Virus record (IMG/VR): IMGVR_UViG_2922289487_000003
Coordinates: 33,731-97,730 of that record
Direction: 5' to 3' (one strand)
Source of the DNA: a virus
Lineage: Duplodnaviria; Heunggongvirae; Uroviricota; Caudoviricetes
Length of the DNA stretch: 64,000 nucleotides
A program made the translations under genes and the position numbers. The notes below the pieces were generated by a model, which had not been told where the DNA came from, searched no databases, and saw only the letters and a list, made by a program, of their open reading frames with translations. Of the stretch, positions 1 to 9,705 are shown one piece after another (positions within the stretch are counted from its first letter, which is position 1; every line of letters begins with the position of its first letter).

Positions 1-600
<600 letters not shown>

Positions 601-1851
601 CCTGTGACATACCGCCCTCACGCTATCCAGGGATGTTCCCGTTTCCGGAGCGGTACTCAGCCTTTTCCCGATCCCCATGACGGGACACTCACCGTTTCCC
701 TGACAATCCCCAGCCTTTTCCCTGCGGTGCCGCTCCCGTATCCCGACAGGGACATGCCCTTTTCTCTGGATGGCTCAATAGCTGGCCGCTGGGGTCGAAA
801 ATGACTTTACGGCGGATGAAAACTATGGCTTGAATTTCTACGGAAAAAGAGGCGATACCCCTCCTCCCCATCTCACTTATACCTCCTGTGATTTTCCTCT
901 CTTACGAGGGCATATACCTTCCACCTGATAACGCTCTATACGGCGACTATTCCTGTGGGTGAAATGGGTGGTTTGTTCTCTTTACCGGCGTATGTAGTTT
1001 CGTGGTTCTTCTCCGGGTTTTCGCCTGGGGTGTTCTCGTCGTTTTGGGGAGTGTTCTTCTCCGTATATGGAGTATTGGCAGATGCGCTTTCCTCTTCGTT
1101 CACGTGAAACGGTGGAAGTGTGGGTAATGGCATCTGGGTGCTTTTGTTGTTCTGCGCAAATGAAGTAATGGCGTTCCCTGCTATTCAGGAATTTGCATTC
1201 TCCTCCGGGGTAATGGTGGGTAAGCGGGATTGCGACGGCTCCTGTTCCGGTCTGGGTTTGTCCGGGGTTCCGTCCTGACTGTTCTTCTCCGTGTATTGGG
1301 GAATGGCATGTAGGGGTTTATGTGCGCGAGCTGCGTTCCCGGTTGCCTGGGGAGATTAGGTGGGTGTCCTGTGGCCTGGAGCAAAGAGGTGGGTCTTTTC
1401 GGTAGCCTGAAAGGAAGAGGTGGGTGTTTCCGGGATTGTGGGCAATGGCGTCTCTGGGTTTCTTGTTGGTGTGATTAACTTGTTTTCTCATGCCTGAAAA
1501 CAACTTGTTTAGGTATCCAATATAACGCAACGGGAGCGTTTCTGAGCGTCTTTGTTTTTGGGTGGTATCACGAGTCGATTTTGACGTAATCGACGCAGGG
1601 AGATGCATTCTGGTGCGCAGGATTTTGGGTATAAGAGATGGCGTGGGAAAACGTCAACTTTTTAGACCAAATCAGGGGAAAGCGTTGACTTTTCGTTGAT
1701 GTGTTATTTATTTGTTTTCTTATAGGTGTAATTGGCTTAAATGCCTTGTCACGCCTGGGATGGGATAGGTTGGAGGGGTGGGGAAAGTGGCGATCAACGG
1801 ACTCTTATAGAAATCCTCAATTTGTGACCGCCAATGTCAACGGGATTACGC

Positions 1852-2370
1852 TTAATAGACCAGCCCATCGAAATATTTTTGTGCAGACTTATCACGTGTC
1901 CATGCCGGACGTTCCGTCTGGTTCTGGCAACCGTAAATGCGGAGAGCGTCCTTCGGTTTAATTTCGCTGAAGCCTTCCTGCGGCGTTAAGTCAACAAAAG
2001 TGTAATCCGATACTTCACCATGAACCAGGTTGGACCTTCCTAAATGATTCAACCCCCAGTTACGGAATTGCTCACGACTCAGCACCTGTCCAAATGGTGT
2101 AAAACCCCAGGCGTTAAAAGATGCCAGCAGGTGCTCGCCTGGTTTTGATGTCGGTAATATCGCATACAGAATCTGCTCACCCGTCCCTTCAAGATAAGCA
2201 GTTCCGGGCAATGTGGTCAGTTTGTTGCCGGAGATAAGATCTGCATTGCAAGTGAGCATAGTGTCTCGCGTTGCAGTTGGCGCAGTATGTGTCCATTCAT
2301 ACAGACTATCGTTAGCCGTTGCCGAAAACGACATCCCCAGAAAAAGGACACTGAGCAAACGGTATTTCAT
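1852..2370 (-). CDS. hypothetical secreted protein (N-terminal signal peptide)
   Basis: MKYRLLSVLFLGMSFSATA signal-like N-terminus. AAGGAG Shine-Dalgarno upstream of the ATG at 2370. Confidence 0.5.
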   Translation of the reverse strand: MKYRLLSVLFLGMSFSATANDSLYEWTHTAPTATRDTMLTCNADLISGNKLTTLPGTAYLEGTGEQILYAILPTSKPGEHLLASFNAWGFTPFGQVLSREQFRNWGLNHLGRSNLVHGEVSDYTFVDLTPQEGFSEIKPKDALRIYGCQNQTERPAWTRDKSAQKYFDGLVY

Positions 2371-2451
2371 AACTCTCCTTTTAAATTTGTATGCTTTATT
2401 AACTTGTTTTCTTATGGGTGTTATTACACTCTCATATCGCTGAACCTGAGC

Positions 2452-3285
2452 TCAGTTTCGATTGTGTCCTACTGAGCGAGAAAGCAGTATGCGTTTCCAG
2501 TGTGATTCGCGTCGGTTAATCTCGCAGGCGTCACTGTTGATGTCCATGATCTCCAGAATAGAGAACGTGACATTTTTGAGCCTTTCCTCTTCGCAGGTTC
2601 CGAACGCATCAATGAGGCCGACATTTCCTCCGTGACCGGTCTCAAAGTAGGTTTTCCATCTTCCCCAGATGCCTTCTTCGCCATTAGCCTGACCTACATA
2701 AAGCTTCTCGCCATCAACATCAGTCAGGAGATAGATGCCTTTGACAATACTCAGAGCTGTTTTCCACGACTTAAGCTCCTGTCGAATGATCGTACCCAGA
2801 CTGGTTCTGTTCAGTGACACATTTTTGTAGCCCGGGAACTCGCCGAAAGAAAGACATACTGGTGCAATCTCGATTACTGGCATCTTTCCGGCCAACGTCC
2901 CACCATCCAGCATATGGTTACGCGGGCGACTTGCGCGAACATACATCCGACCACGATATTCGGCCAACTCAGGAATGGCGCTCATTTTGTACACGTAGTA
3001 AGGGGTTGTTCTGTCGGGAATACATAGCTTTGTTTCGCTTCTACCTTCGCAGATAAAAGTCCCGGCATAAAGCCATCTCGTTTTTTCTTCTGTCTGGATC
3101 AACGCAATGACAAACCGCTTATTGAAGTAGTGCTTCTTCTGAAGGCATTGCCAGTCGTCGAACGTCTTATTCAAAAACTCCTGCATCGGGTTTTCGCCAT
3201 ATTCATTCGTGCTGGCTAAGTGAATTTTGCAGTTTTGAGGGGTCAGTTGAGGATATAGCAATTGAAGATACTGAAATAGTTCCAT
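2452..3285 (-). CDS. GIY-YIG nuclease domain protein; nuclease motif is C-terminal, N-terminal domain unknown
   Basis: GIYLLTDVDGEKLYVGQANGEEGIWGRW matches the GIY-(10-11 aa)-YIG signature. It sits near residues 195-225 of a 277-aa protein. Confidence 0.55.
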   Translation of the reverse strand: MELFQYLQLLYPQLTPQNCKIHLASTNEYGENPMQEFLNKTFDDWQCLQKKHYFNKRFVIALIQTEEKTRWLYAGTFICEGRSETKLCIPDRTTPYYVYKMSAIPELAEYRGRMYVRASRPRNHMLDGGTLAGKMPVIEIAPVCLSFGEFPGYKNVSLNRTSLGTIIRQELKSWKTALSIVKGIYLLTDVDGEKLYVGQANGEEGIWGRWKTYFETGHGGNVGLIDAFGTCEEERLKNVTFSILEIMDINSDACEINRRESHWKRILLSRSVGHNRN

Positions 3286-3370
3286 AGAAGAATAGTGTCC
3301 CTGGTTAGATCGGCCCTACCTTCAGGTATCTCATGTGAAGAGCCGATCTGTCCATCTACATTCAGTATGT

Positions 3371-3994
3371 TTAGTTGTTGAGATAGTAATCTGGGACCCG
3401 AACGTAGAAGTTCTCGTCGCTCGTTAACTCGATGGTGACATTGATATCATTGCCATTATCCAGCGTAGCCGTGGCCTTGTAGAATTTATCCGTAACTTTC
3501 TCCTTGATTGTGACCTTCATGCACTTCGATGCGTCTACCCCGTTGTTCTCTTTCAGGATTGTGGTGACAACGGGACAAGCCGCCTCCTCAAGCGCTGAGT
3601 CATTGGAGTAGCTATAAACAACGAACGATGCAGCAAAGGCTAACATCCATACGATGAAAAGCAGCCGGTTGCTTCCAAGTACGGTCGCACGTTTCCAGAG
3701 ATAGACGGGAGGAACCAGAAACCCCCACAGGAATGATGGCGGTTCATAGCCAGCCTCCGTCAGATTCATACGATCAGCCACCAGCAGACCAAGCCCGACT
3801 ACAAACGACGCCACCATAACGTATTTGTCGTACTCAGCAGGCGGAAAACTGACAACAAAAGGCAGTATTGCTATGAGCCATGCGTAGAGGTTTTTTATCG
3901 GTTTTTTTTCTAGGTTATCGACTTCCATTACATCCATTCCATTCAAAATGACAAGCGGCGTCATAATACCAACTTTCCGGTTACACATGCCCAC
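3371..3994 (-). CDS. hypothetical polytopic membrane protein with C-terminal soluble domain
   Basis: Several hydrophobic helices (LYAWLIAILPFVVSF, VMVASFVVGLGLLV, LLFIVWMLAFAASFVVY). Start may be an internal Met near 3964. Confidence 0.45.
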   Translation of the reverse strand: MGMCNRKVGIMTPLVILNGMDVMEVDNLEKKPIKNLYAWLIAILPFVVSFPPAEYDKYVMVASFVVGLGLLVADRMNLTEAGYEPPSFLWGFLVPPVYLWKRATVLGSNRLLFIVWMLAFAASFVVYSYSNDSALEEAACPVVTTILKENNGVDASKCMKVTIKEKVTDKFYKATATLDNGNDINVTIELTSDENFYVRVPDYYLNN

Positions 3995-4014
3995 CAGTAC
4001 TGGTAGTTTTTGGT

Positions 4015-4332
4015 CTACCAGTCCCAGGCAGGAAGTCCGTCCACCAGCTCTGCATCACAGTCAAAGTGTACCGCATCATATCCGGCATCCAGTATGGCCT
4101 GCATGTTGGATATCGTCTCTTCTGAAATGCCGAACTCTCTCAGTTCTTCTTTCCAGTCATTTCCTCGCATACCAGCACGAACAATCCAGCCGTATTCCGT
4201 GCCGTGTACCCAATTCAGTCCCCGATCGGTAAGCGGGTCAAAGCAGGCAACGGGTAGTCGCTCAGAGTCCGCTGCCGTAACGTGGGCGGTACTGATCACC
4301 GCCGTCTTATAAGATTCGGTGAGTTTCAGCAT
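4015..4332 (-). CDS. hypothetical protein
   Basis: ORF with ATGA start/stop overlap with the upstream gene at 4330-4333. The ORF-track start at 4386 is probably too long. Confidence 0.4.
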   Translation of the reverse strand: MLKLTESYKTAVISTAHVTAADSERLPVACFDPLTDRGLNWVHGTEYGWIVRAGMRGNDWKEELREFGISEETISNMQAILDAGYDAVHFDCDAELVDGLPAWDW

Positions 4333-4567
4333 CAGGCCATCTCCTTCGGAAACAGTGTGTCGGCCGTGTCTGCGATGACATCCCAATTAACGCCGATGCT
4401 GGCGTCATGGCAAGCGTTGATTTTTCGCATAACCTGAACGCACTGCTCGTCAGTCAGGTTAGGTCGCACTTCACCGACGTCTTCCTTGTGCCACATCACC
4501 ATCAGCAGAGGCTCGTCTTCTGGGTAGTTCTCCAGCTTTTCGATGATATCTTTTGCGGTCCCAAACA
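4332..4567 (-). CDS. hypothetical protein
   Basis: ATG at 4565-4567 has a perfect AAGGAG Shine-Dalgarno 7 nt upstream. The track start at 4586 is a TTG. Confidence 0.5.
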
Positions 4568-4577
4568 TGATTAGCTC

Positions 4578-4613
4578 CTTAAACAAATTGTTTTCTTATT
4601 GACGTTATTATCT
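4578..4613 (-). promoter_or_regulatory. motif A instance: GAGATAATAACGnCAAnAAGAAAACAAnTTGTTTA, immediately 5' of a Shine-Dalgarno and start codon
   Basis: Same roughly 35-bp element recurs at 9544-9580 and 11181-11215. Shorter cores recur at 1494, 1711, 2401, 5008, 5323, 7339, 31501 and 48473. Confidence 0.45.
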
Positions 4614-4653
4614 CAAATAACAAAAGGCAGAAAACAAGATGTTTACGGGGTGC

Positions 4654-4920
4654 TCAGGTCAATCTGAAGTCGTTGGCATCATCGACGAACTCCATAAATC
4701 TGGCCTCCACATCATCCAGTTTCAGCAGGTATTTCATGCCGTAGTTTAATGAGGTGGGTTGCTCAAGTACGAACTCGAACCCATCCTCATGTGTTTTCCC
4801 CAGCCAGTAGCCGCCGCCATACTCCTTCAAACGTTGAAAGAATACATACTGCCCCGGTTTGAAATTTTGAAGAGTCTCGCCCCTATAGACGATCTGATAG
4901 TTTGAGTCTTTGATTCCCAT
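4654..4920 (-). CDS. hypothetical protein
   Basis: Compact ORF in a minus-strand operon. Confidence 0.4.
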   Translation of the reverse strand: MGIKDSNYQIVYRGETLQNFKPGQYVFFQRLKEYGGGYWLGKTHEDGFEFVLEQPTSLNYGMKYLLKLDDVEARFMEFVDDANDFRLT

Positions 4921-5107
4921 TTCTCACCCCTTAATACTGTATATATAAACAGTAGTATTTATTGCTATACCGGTCAACTTTGCTGATTAAGGGAATAACA
5001 AGGTGGTGAAAACAACTTGTTTCGATACTTGAGATTTTGCAAATCGCACATACATGGAAGACGGCAATTTTTGAAACCTGATTTGACCCAAGTGAAAGGA
5101 GGAAACG

Positions 5108-5311
5108 ATGAAAACCTACGATCGCAACCGTAACGCTATCACTATTGGCAGTCGCGTGATGGTGGCAACGAATGGGGTTACCGGTGTCATCAAGAACATC
5201 ATTGGTGAAGGCAAATCAGAAGAGCAATTACGCCGTTCTGACAGCGTGTCTATCGAAGGGGTGGAGGGTCTTTTTTGCCCAATGGATTTGGTTCGCCTGG
5301 GGTTCCATTAA
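5108..5311 (+). CDS. hypothetical small protein (plus strand)
   Basis: Strong GGAGGA Shine-Dalgarno before the ATG at 5108. Followed by the hairpin at 5339-5358. Confidence 0.45.
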   Translation: MKTYDRNRNAITIGSRVMVATNGVTGVIKNIIGEGKSEEQLRRSDSVSIEGVEGLFCPMDLVRLGFH

Positions 5312-5338
5312 TTTAACCACCGACAAAACAAATTGTTT

Positions 5339-5358
5339 AAGGCCACAAGAGTGGCCTT
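5339..5358. terminator. bidirectional rho-independent-type hairpin (AAGGCCAC-n4-GTGGCCTT) followed by a T-rich tract on both strands
   Basis: Perfect 8-bp stem. On the minus strand it is followed by aaacaatttgtttt. Confidence 0.55.
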
Positions 5359-5366
5359 AAACTTAC

Positions 5367-6062
5367 TTACGGCACAGCGGTAATCAGATCGCAAATGCCT
5401 GTTTTAGTTAAATCACTATTCAGTTTCTGAAAATTAGCATTCAAAAGCGCGGTATGTATACGATTCTCAAGCTCAAAGAAAAGGTCGATCTTGCCCTCTT
5501 TTGCCGCGTGCTTCTTCCAGACATTTACCTGGTCATCGGCCATACGACTGGCGCAGGTGAACAAGAACGAGCTACCTCGTGGAAGAGATGTTGTGCTGTA
5601 GTACTCACCATCAACTTCAATATACTTGGCCCGGAACGACTCCAGAGTTAGGCCATTACCGTTCTTGGCCGGCTTTGTGTCTGTCTTTTCCTGAACTTCA
5701 GGCTGTTTCTGCACCGGCTTCGGTGTCTCATTGACCACCGCTGTACTGGCCGAACCACCCAAACCCTTGAGTCCATTAATTTGGATAAGATAAGCCAGCT
5801 CAAGAGCCTTATCATCAGTGAGTTTTCCACGCATATTTATCCACTGACGTTGAACCGTCTTTAGGGTGTCTGCATCCCCCGGGTTCGCTTTGAGAACGAT
5901 AGAATAGGTAGAACTAAGTTGTTCGTCTAATTTTGACAGGCGTTCGTTATCGCAGATTTTGTGTTCGATTTCTGTCGAAGCCTTTTGGCAGTCGAAGCTG
6001 GCTGCAAAGGCAGCTGGCGATGCCGCCAACAATGATGCCAGTAGGATATTTTTCATATTCAC
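5367..6062 (-). CDS. secreted protein with LprI/DUF1311-like N-terminal domain
   Basis: Signal peptide MKNILLASLLAASPAAFA. CQKA..E..IC....L..LD..L...Y...L........L...QR.WI pattern typical of DUF1311 (lysozyme inhibitor LprI family). Confidence 0.5.
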   Translation of the reverse strand: MNMKNILLASLLAASPAAFAASFDCQKASTEIEHKICDNERLSKLDEQLSSTYSIVLKANPGDADTLKTVQRQWINMRGKLTDDKALELAYLIQINGLKGLGGSASTAVVNETPKPVQKQPEVQEKTDTKPAKNGNGLTLESFRAKYIEVDGEYYSTTSLPRGSSFLFTCASRMADDQVNVWKKHAAKEGKIDLFFELENRIHTALLNANFQKLNSDLTKTGICDLITAVP

Positions 6063-6140
6063 TCCATAAATATAAAAGCGCCTGACTATAGCACTTAACC
6101 GATTGCTTCTCTCGCCTGATCGTCAAGCTCTTTCAGCCCA

Positions 6141-6647
6141 TCACGTACCGCGTTCACAATACGCTCCAGGTATTGGTATTTGGGGTTTGGTACAGTTGGC
6201 CAACCGGCATACCACGGTATCGTCACCAAACAGACTCAGCAGTTCGTTACCGACGCCGAAACAGCAGCAACTTTCTTTTACGTCATCAGCGTTTTCTGCC
6301 TCGTCCCACATATTGCGAGCCAGTTCTGCGTCGATTTCCCTCCCTCTGCGTAACTTTATGATTTCGGACTTCACGAAAAGCAGATTGGCGTCGTTGTCAT
6401 CATCGACCGTGCTTTGCAGTTGAGGGTCGAGGCAACCAATCAAATAATCGTTGCTCACGCGCTTGATAAAAGTCTGCACATCATCACCGCCCATCGCGAA
6501 CCAGGCAGCAGTCCACGCTTTCCCGTAGCAGGTTATAGTGACTCTTCCTTTGCCCGGCTCGTAGTTTTCAATCATTACGCGTACAGGGTCGAGACGCTCC
6601 AGATCCGTCAGCACAAAGGAAAGAACATCTATTTTTTCGACCTTCAT
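6141..6647 (-). CDS. hypothetical protein
   Basis: ATGA overlap with the HD-hydrolase gene stop at 6644-6647. Confidence 0.4.
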   Translation of the reverse strand: MKVEKIDVLSFVLTDLERLDPVRVMIENYEPGKGRVTITCYGKAWTAAWFAMGGDDVQTFIKRVSNDYLIGCLDPQLQSTVDDDNDANLLFVKSEIIKLRRGREIDAELARNMWDEAENADDVKESCCCFGVGNELLSLFGDDTVVCRLANCTKPQIPIPGAYCERGT

Positions 6648-7261
6648 GCGGCCTCCCACGCGCCCCAGATCAGCGCTTTGTGTTTTTCATAACGTTTGGT
6701 GTGTACCGGTTGCAGACTGGCAATGCCTTTCGTCACCATCGCCCGGGCGTTTATCAGCAACGAATGCTCTATGCCTTTTTTCTCCAGGTACTCGACAACA
6801 CCAGCATCGGCACCAATCTCCTTGCCGTCAAAGAGTACGGCCAGCATCAGCTCTTTCTCTGCGAGGTAGATAGCTGAAAACTCAGGGTCGCGACTCACGA
6901 TAGAAGAGGTATTGTCCAGCAGGTCAGCCAGCTTGATCATGCGCGTCTGCATGTCGAGGCTTTGCTCCAGCTCCCGGACGTTGATGATGAAGCGCTGTAT
7001 TCGATTGCCGTCTTCTGGTCTGGCACTGTTGGTAAGCGTCAGAACCATTTCGGCTACATGCTCACCGAAGTGCTCACGAACCATCTCTATGGTTACATGG
7101 GTGTCTTCAACCACATCATGCAGAAGCGCCGCGATCTGCATCTCAACGGTGCCACCATGCCAGGCAACAATCTCGCGGACAGCAACCGGATGGTTGATGT
7201 AGTCTTCACCGGTATATTTTCTTTTCTGGCCAATGCCGCCATGAGCGCCAGCGGCAAACAT
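6644..7261 (-). CDS. HD-domain hydrolase resembling the RelA/SpoT (p)ppGpp hydrolase domain (small alarmone hydrolase-like)
   Basis: INHPVAVREIVA...AALLHDVVEDT...EHFGEHVAEMVLTLTN closely parallels the SpoT HD motif HPVAVA...AALLHDVIEDT...FG..VAELV. Confidence 0.6.
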   Translation of the reverse strand: MFAAGAHGGIGQKRKYTGEDYINHPVAVREIVAWHGGTVEMQIAALLHDVVEDTHVTIEMVREHFGEHVAEMVLTLTNSARPEDGNRIQRFIINVRELEQSLDMQTRMIKLADLLDNTSSIVSRDPEFSAIYLAEKELMLAVLFDGKEIGADAGVVEYLEKKGIEHSLLINARAMVTKGIASLQPVHTKRYEKHKALIWGAWEAA

Positions 7262-7353
7262 ATGGGCTTTGGATATACGTTACATTCTTAACTCCGTTGT
7301 TTTCTGGATGTAGTCATTTTCACACACAAGAAAAGGCAGAAAACAAATTGTTT

Positions 7354-7374
7354 AAGGCCACTAATTGTGGCCTT
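7354..7374. terminator. bidirectional hairpin AAGGCCAC-n5-GTGGCCTT with flanking T-tracts
   Basis: Same stem as 5339-5358, located just 3' of the minus-strand gene 7378..7749. Confidence 0.55.
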
Positions 7375-7377
7375 TAT

Positions 7378-7749
7378 TCATTTAGTCAGGAGAGGTTCAA
7401 TCATCAGTTGTAGCTCGCGCTCTCTTTCTTCAGCCTCTCGTCGCTCTGCTTCATTGACCAATCGCTGTAGCTTGTCCATCGTGCGGAACGACGGACGGCG
7501 CATAACACTTTCGTGGATAGTCGCATTATTCAGTTCAACAAGATGCCCATAGTGTCGGAACTTAATCCCGACAGAAACCGCATAGAGCTGAGTATCGTGC
7601 TCGAACAATACGTTTCCGTGCTTTACGTTGAGTAGCGTTCCCTCATCCATCAATTTGTTAAGCGCCTTATCCCAGAGAGGGCAGTAGGGAAAGGTAAATC
7701 CTTCCAGAAGGGCGGTAAAACAAAGTGAAAGGGTGTTTCCTAACTTCAT
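7378..7749 (-). CDS. hypothetical protein
   Basis: ORF with a coiled-coil-like C-terminus (EAERREAEERERELQ). Confidence 0.4.
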   Translation of the reverse strand: MKLGNTLSLCFTALLEGFTFPYCPLWDKALNKLMDEGTLLNVKHGNVLFEHDTQLYAVSVGIKFRHYGHLVELNNATIHESVMRRPSFRTMDKLQRLVNEAERREAEERERELQLMIEPLLTK

Positions 7750-7826
7750 GGTTTACTGAAATTACTCCTGTTCAGGTTGTTACCAATGCATTTCCTGTTG
7801 CAACTTACTGCTGTATTGTACCTTAA

Positions 7827-7846
7827 ATAGGTATGTATTTACCTAT
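7827..7846. promoter_or_regulatory. motif B instance (ATAGGTATGTATTTACCTAT quasi-palindrome)
   Basis: Overlaps the stop of 7846..9540 and lies about 90 bp upstream of the 7378..7749 start. Confidence 0.4.
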
Positions 7847-9540
7847 CAATTGACGCGTTTGAAAACGTATACGCTGACAGTGATTCCGGTGTCTTCAAAC
7901 TCGTCTGTAAACGACTTCCCTTTGGCGTAGACGTAATTATCCAGCGTCATCCAGTTCAGAATTGGCGCATCACCCGGCAATACGGCTATCAGACGCCCGC
8001 CAACTTTAAGATGACCCAACGCAGCCAGCGTATGCTCTCTGTGACGACCAAGAGAGTAGGGGGGATTCATGACAATTTTGTCGAACTGATACCCTGCGTT
8101 ATCTTCTGACCATTTCATAAAGTCACAGCAGACCGTGTTGGCGTAGCCCTTGCCACGGAGAATGTCCGCAAAGAGCGGGGCGACTTCGATACAGGTGACG
8201 TTTTCCGGACTGGTGTCTACATAAGCAAGCAGATCTCCACGCCCGGCTTCCGGCTCCAGCAGCGTCTCATTCGGTTTCATCTCAACGGCCCTGGCGACAT
8301 ACTCAGCGATCACTCGTGGGGTAGGGTAGAACTGATGCGACTTTGAATCCGGGATCAGTCCGGTAGCCACAATCGTATTGAGCGTATGGCTGATGTCATA
8401 CGGGAACTGCCAGTGGTTTTTATCCTGCACGCCGCCAATGGAGCTCAGAGTGCGCTCCAGCTCTTCTACCTGCGTCTTCTGGAGGCTCGAATCATAGAAG
8501 TACCAGACACCTTTGTCTTTGCTGAATCGCCCGTCACGCAGCACAGTACGAACCGGCTCGGAGATCGTCTTCTGGATTAACCCAAACTCTTTTGGTGCCC
8601 GCGTTTTGGGTGCAGTGCGGCAGGGGGCAGGGATGGCAGCAGGCATACTGTACGCCAGCACTTCATTCAGCTTCCAGGCGACATCTGGGTGGATTTCAAA
8701 GTGAACATTGCCGTTCTTGAACATCTTAACCCGCATCAGGTTTCCGTCGACATTCATCCAGTCACCGGTCTGGCAGCCGTTTGCCCGGTACGCAGCTGAT
8801 AGCATCTCAGTTGTGCGGTTGATGGTAATGAACTCTTTGTGCGCGAAGAAATGAAGCATGACACGCAGATCGTCGATGTAGTCCTCTTTCCGGTAGTTCA
8901 CGCTGACGCTGTCCCGCCAGAACTCGGAAATGCAGTTGGCGATGATCAGACGCTCGCTGAAGCCGTTCGTCTTATTGGTCTTGTGAGCAGGACTCAGTGC
9001 CTTGAACAGACCATACACGCGCTCAGAGAGATATTTGTGCCTGTCATTCAGCAGATTGAGCATCGTTGGGATGACCGTCTCTGCTTTGAACTCTGGCACA
9101 CCGACAAATTCCTTCACCTTCATCTGGTAGCCGGTTCTGTCAGTCCTGATGGTTTCCTGCTTGCCCTCGATGAACTGCTCGCGCCACTCGTCGCGGCGGG
9201 AAGCTGGCATAATCAGCAGAACGTTGGTCATATCCGTGACCTTCTTCCAGTATTCGGCCCAGATATTCTGTTTCACCCACTCAAGATTGACCTTGTCCAG
9301 CCAGGGGCGATTGAAGCGTGAACGCTCGTCATCTGGTTTGTGATTCAGTCGCAGCAGCCGGTTGATCATGTTGTGGCGTTCATCGCCATAAACGAAGTCA
9401 TGAACCTGATGCATAAAGGCGATTTCCTTCTCGCACTCGGCCACAATTTCGTTGATGACGTTCATCTCTTGCCGGTAGTCGATGTGAGTGTCTGGAGTGA
9501 TAGAGTCAATGATGGAAAGAGCTGTATTCATAATTACACC
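7846..9540 (-). CDS. large protein with C-terminal NPPY-type DNA methyltransferase domain (N6-adenine/N4-cytosine class) and roughly 400-aa N-terminal domain of unknown function
   Basis: FDKIVMNPPYSLG...GGRLIAVLP near the C-terminus. The ATG at 9538-9540 is a likelier start than the GTG at 9549. Confidence 0.55.
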   Translation of the reverse strand, partial: GVIMNTALSIIDSITPDTHIDYRQEMNVINEIVAECEKEIAFMHQVHDFVYGDERHNMINRLLRLNHKPDDERSRFNRPWLDKVNLEWVKQNIWAEYWKKVTDMTNVLLIMPASRRDEWREQFIEGKQETIRTDRTGYQMKVKEFVGVPEFKAETVIPTMLNLLNDRHKYLSERVYGLFKALSPAHKTNKTNGFSERLIIANCISEFWRDSVSVNYRKEDYIDDLRVMLHFFAHKEFITINRTTEMLSAAYRANGCQTGDWMNVDGNLMRVKMFKNGNVHFEIHPDVAWKLNEVLAYSMPAAIPAPCRTAPKTRAPKEFGLIQKTISEPVRTVLRDGRFSKDKGVWYFYDSSLQKTQVEELERTLSSIGGVQDKNHWQFPYDISHTLNTIVATGLIPDSKSHQFYPTPRVIAEYVARAVEMKPNETLLEPEAGRGDLLAYVDTSPENVTCIEVAPLFADILRGKGYANTVCCDFMKWSEDNAGYQFDKIVMNPPYSLGRHREHTLAALGHLKVGGRLIAVLPGDAPILNWMTLDNYVYAKGKSFTDEFEDTGITVSVYVFKRVN

Positions 9541-9543
9541 ACT

Positions 9544-9580
9544 AAACAAATTGTTTTCTTGTTGGCGTTATTATCTCAAA
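9544..9580 (-). promoter_or_regulatory. motif A instance upstream of the methyltransferase-fusion gene
   Basis: gagataataacgccaacaagaaaacaatttgtttag on the minus strand, just before the start codon. Confidence 0.45.
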
Positions 9581-9705
9581 ACAGAATAGGTAACAAAGAG
9601 AGAAGTAAAGGTTGATGTCGGCAATGAAGTTTTTTTTAAGTTTACTTAAGACTTATCTCGCAGGTAGACGTACCATGCAATTCAAATCCACTTTGAGAAG
9701 AGATA

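Noticed and set aside
936-1608. Three overlapping minus-strand ORFs as a real Pro/Asn-rich protein gene
   Set aside because: Frames switch three times. No Shine-Dalgarno or start context. The sequence is dominated by short degenerate DNA repeats, more consistent with a non-coding or decayed region.
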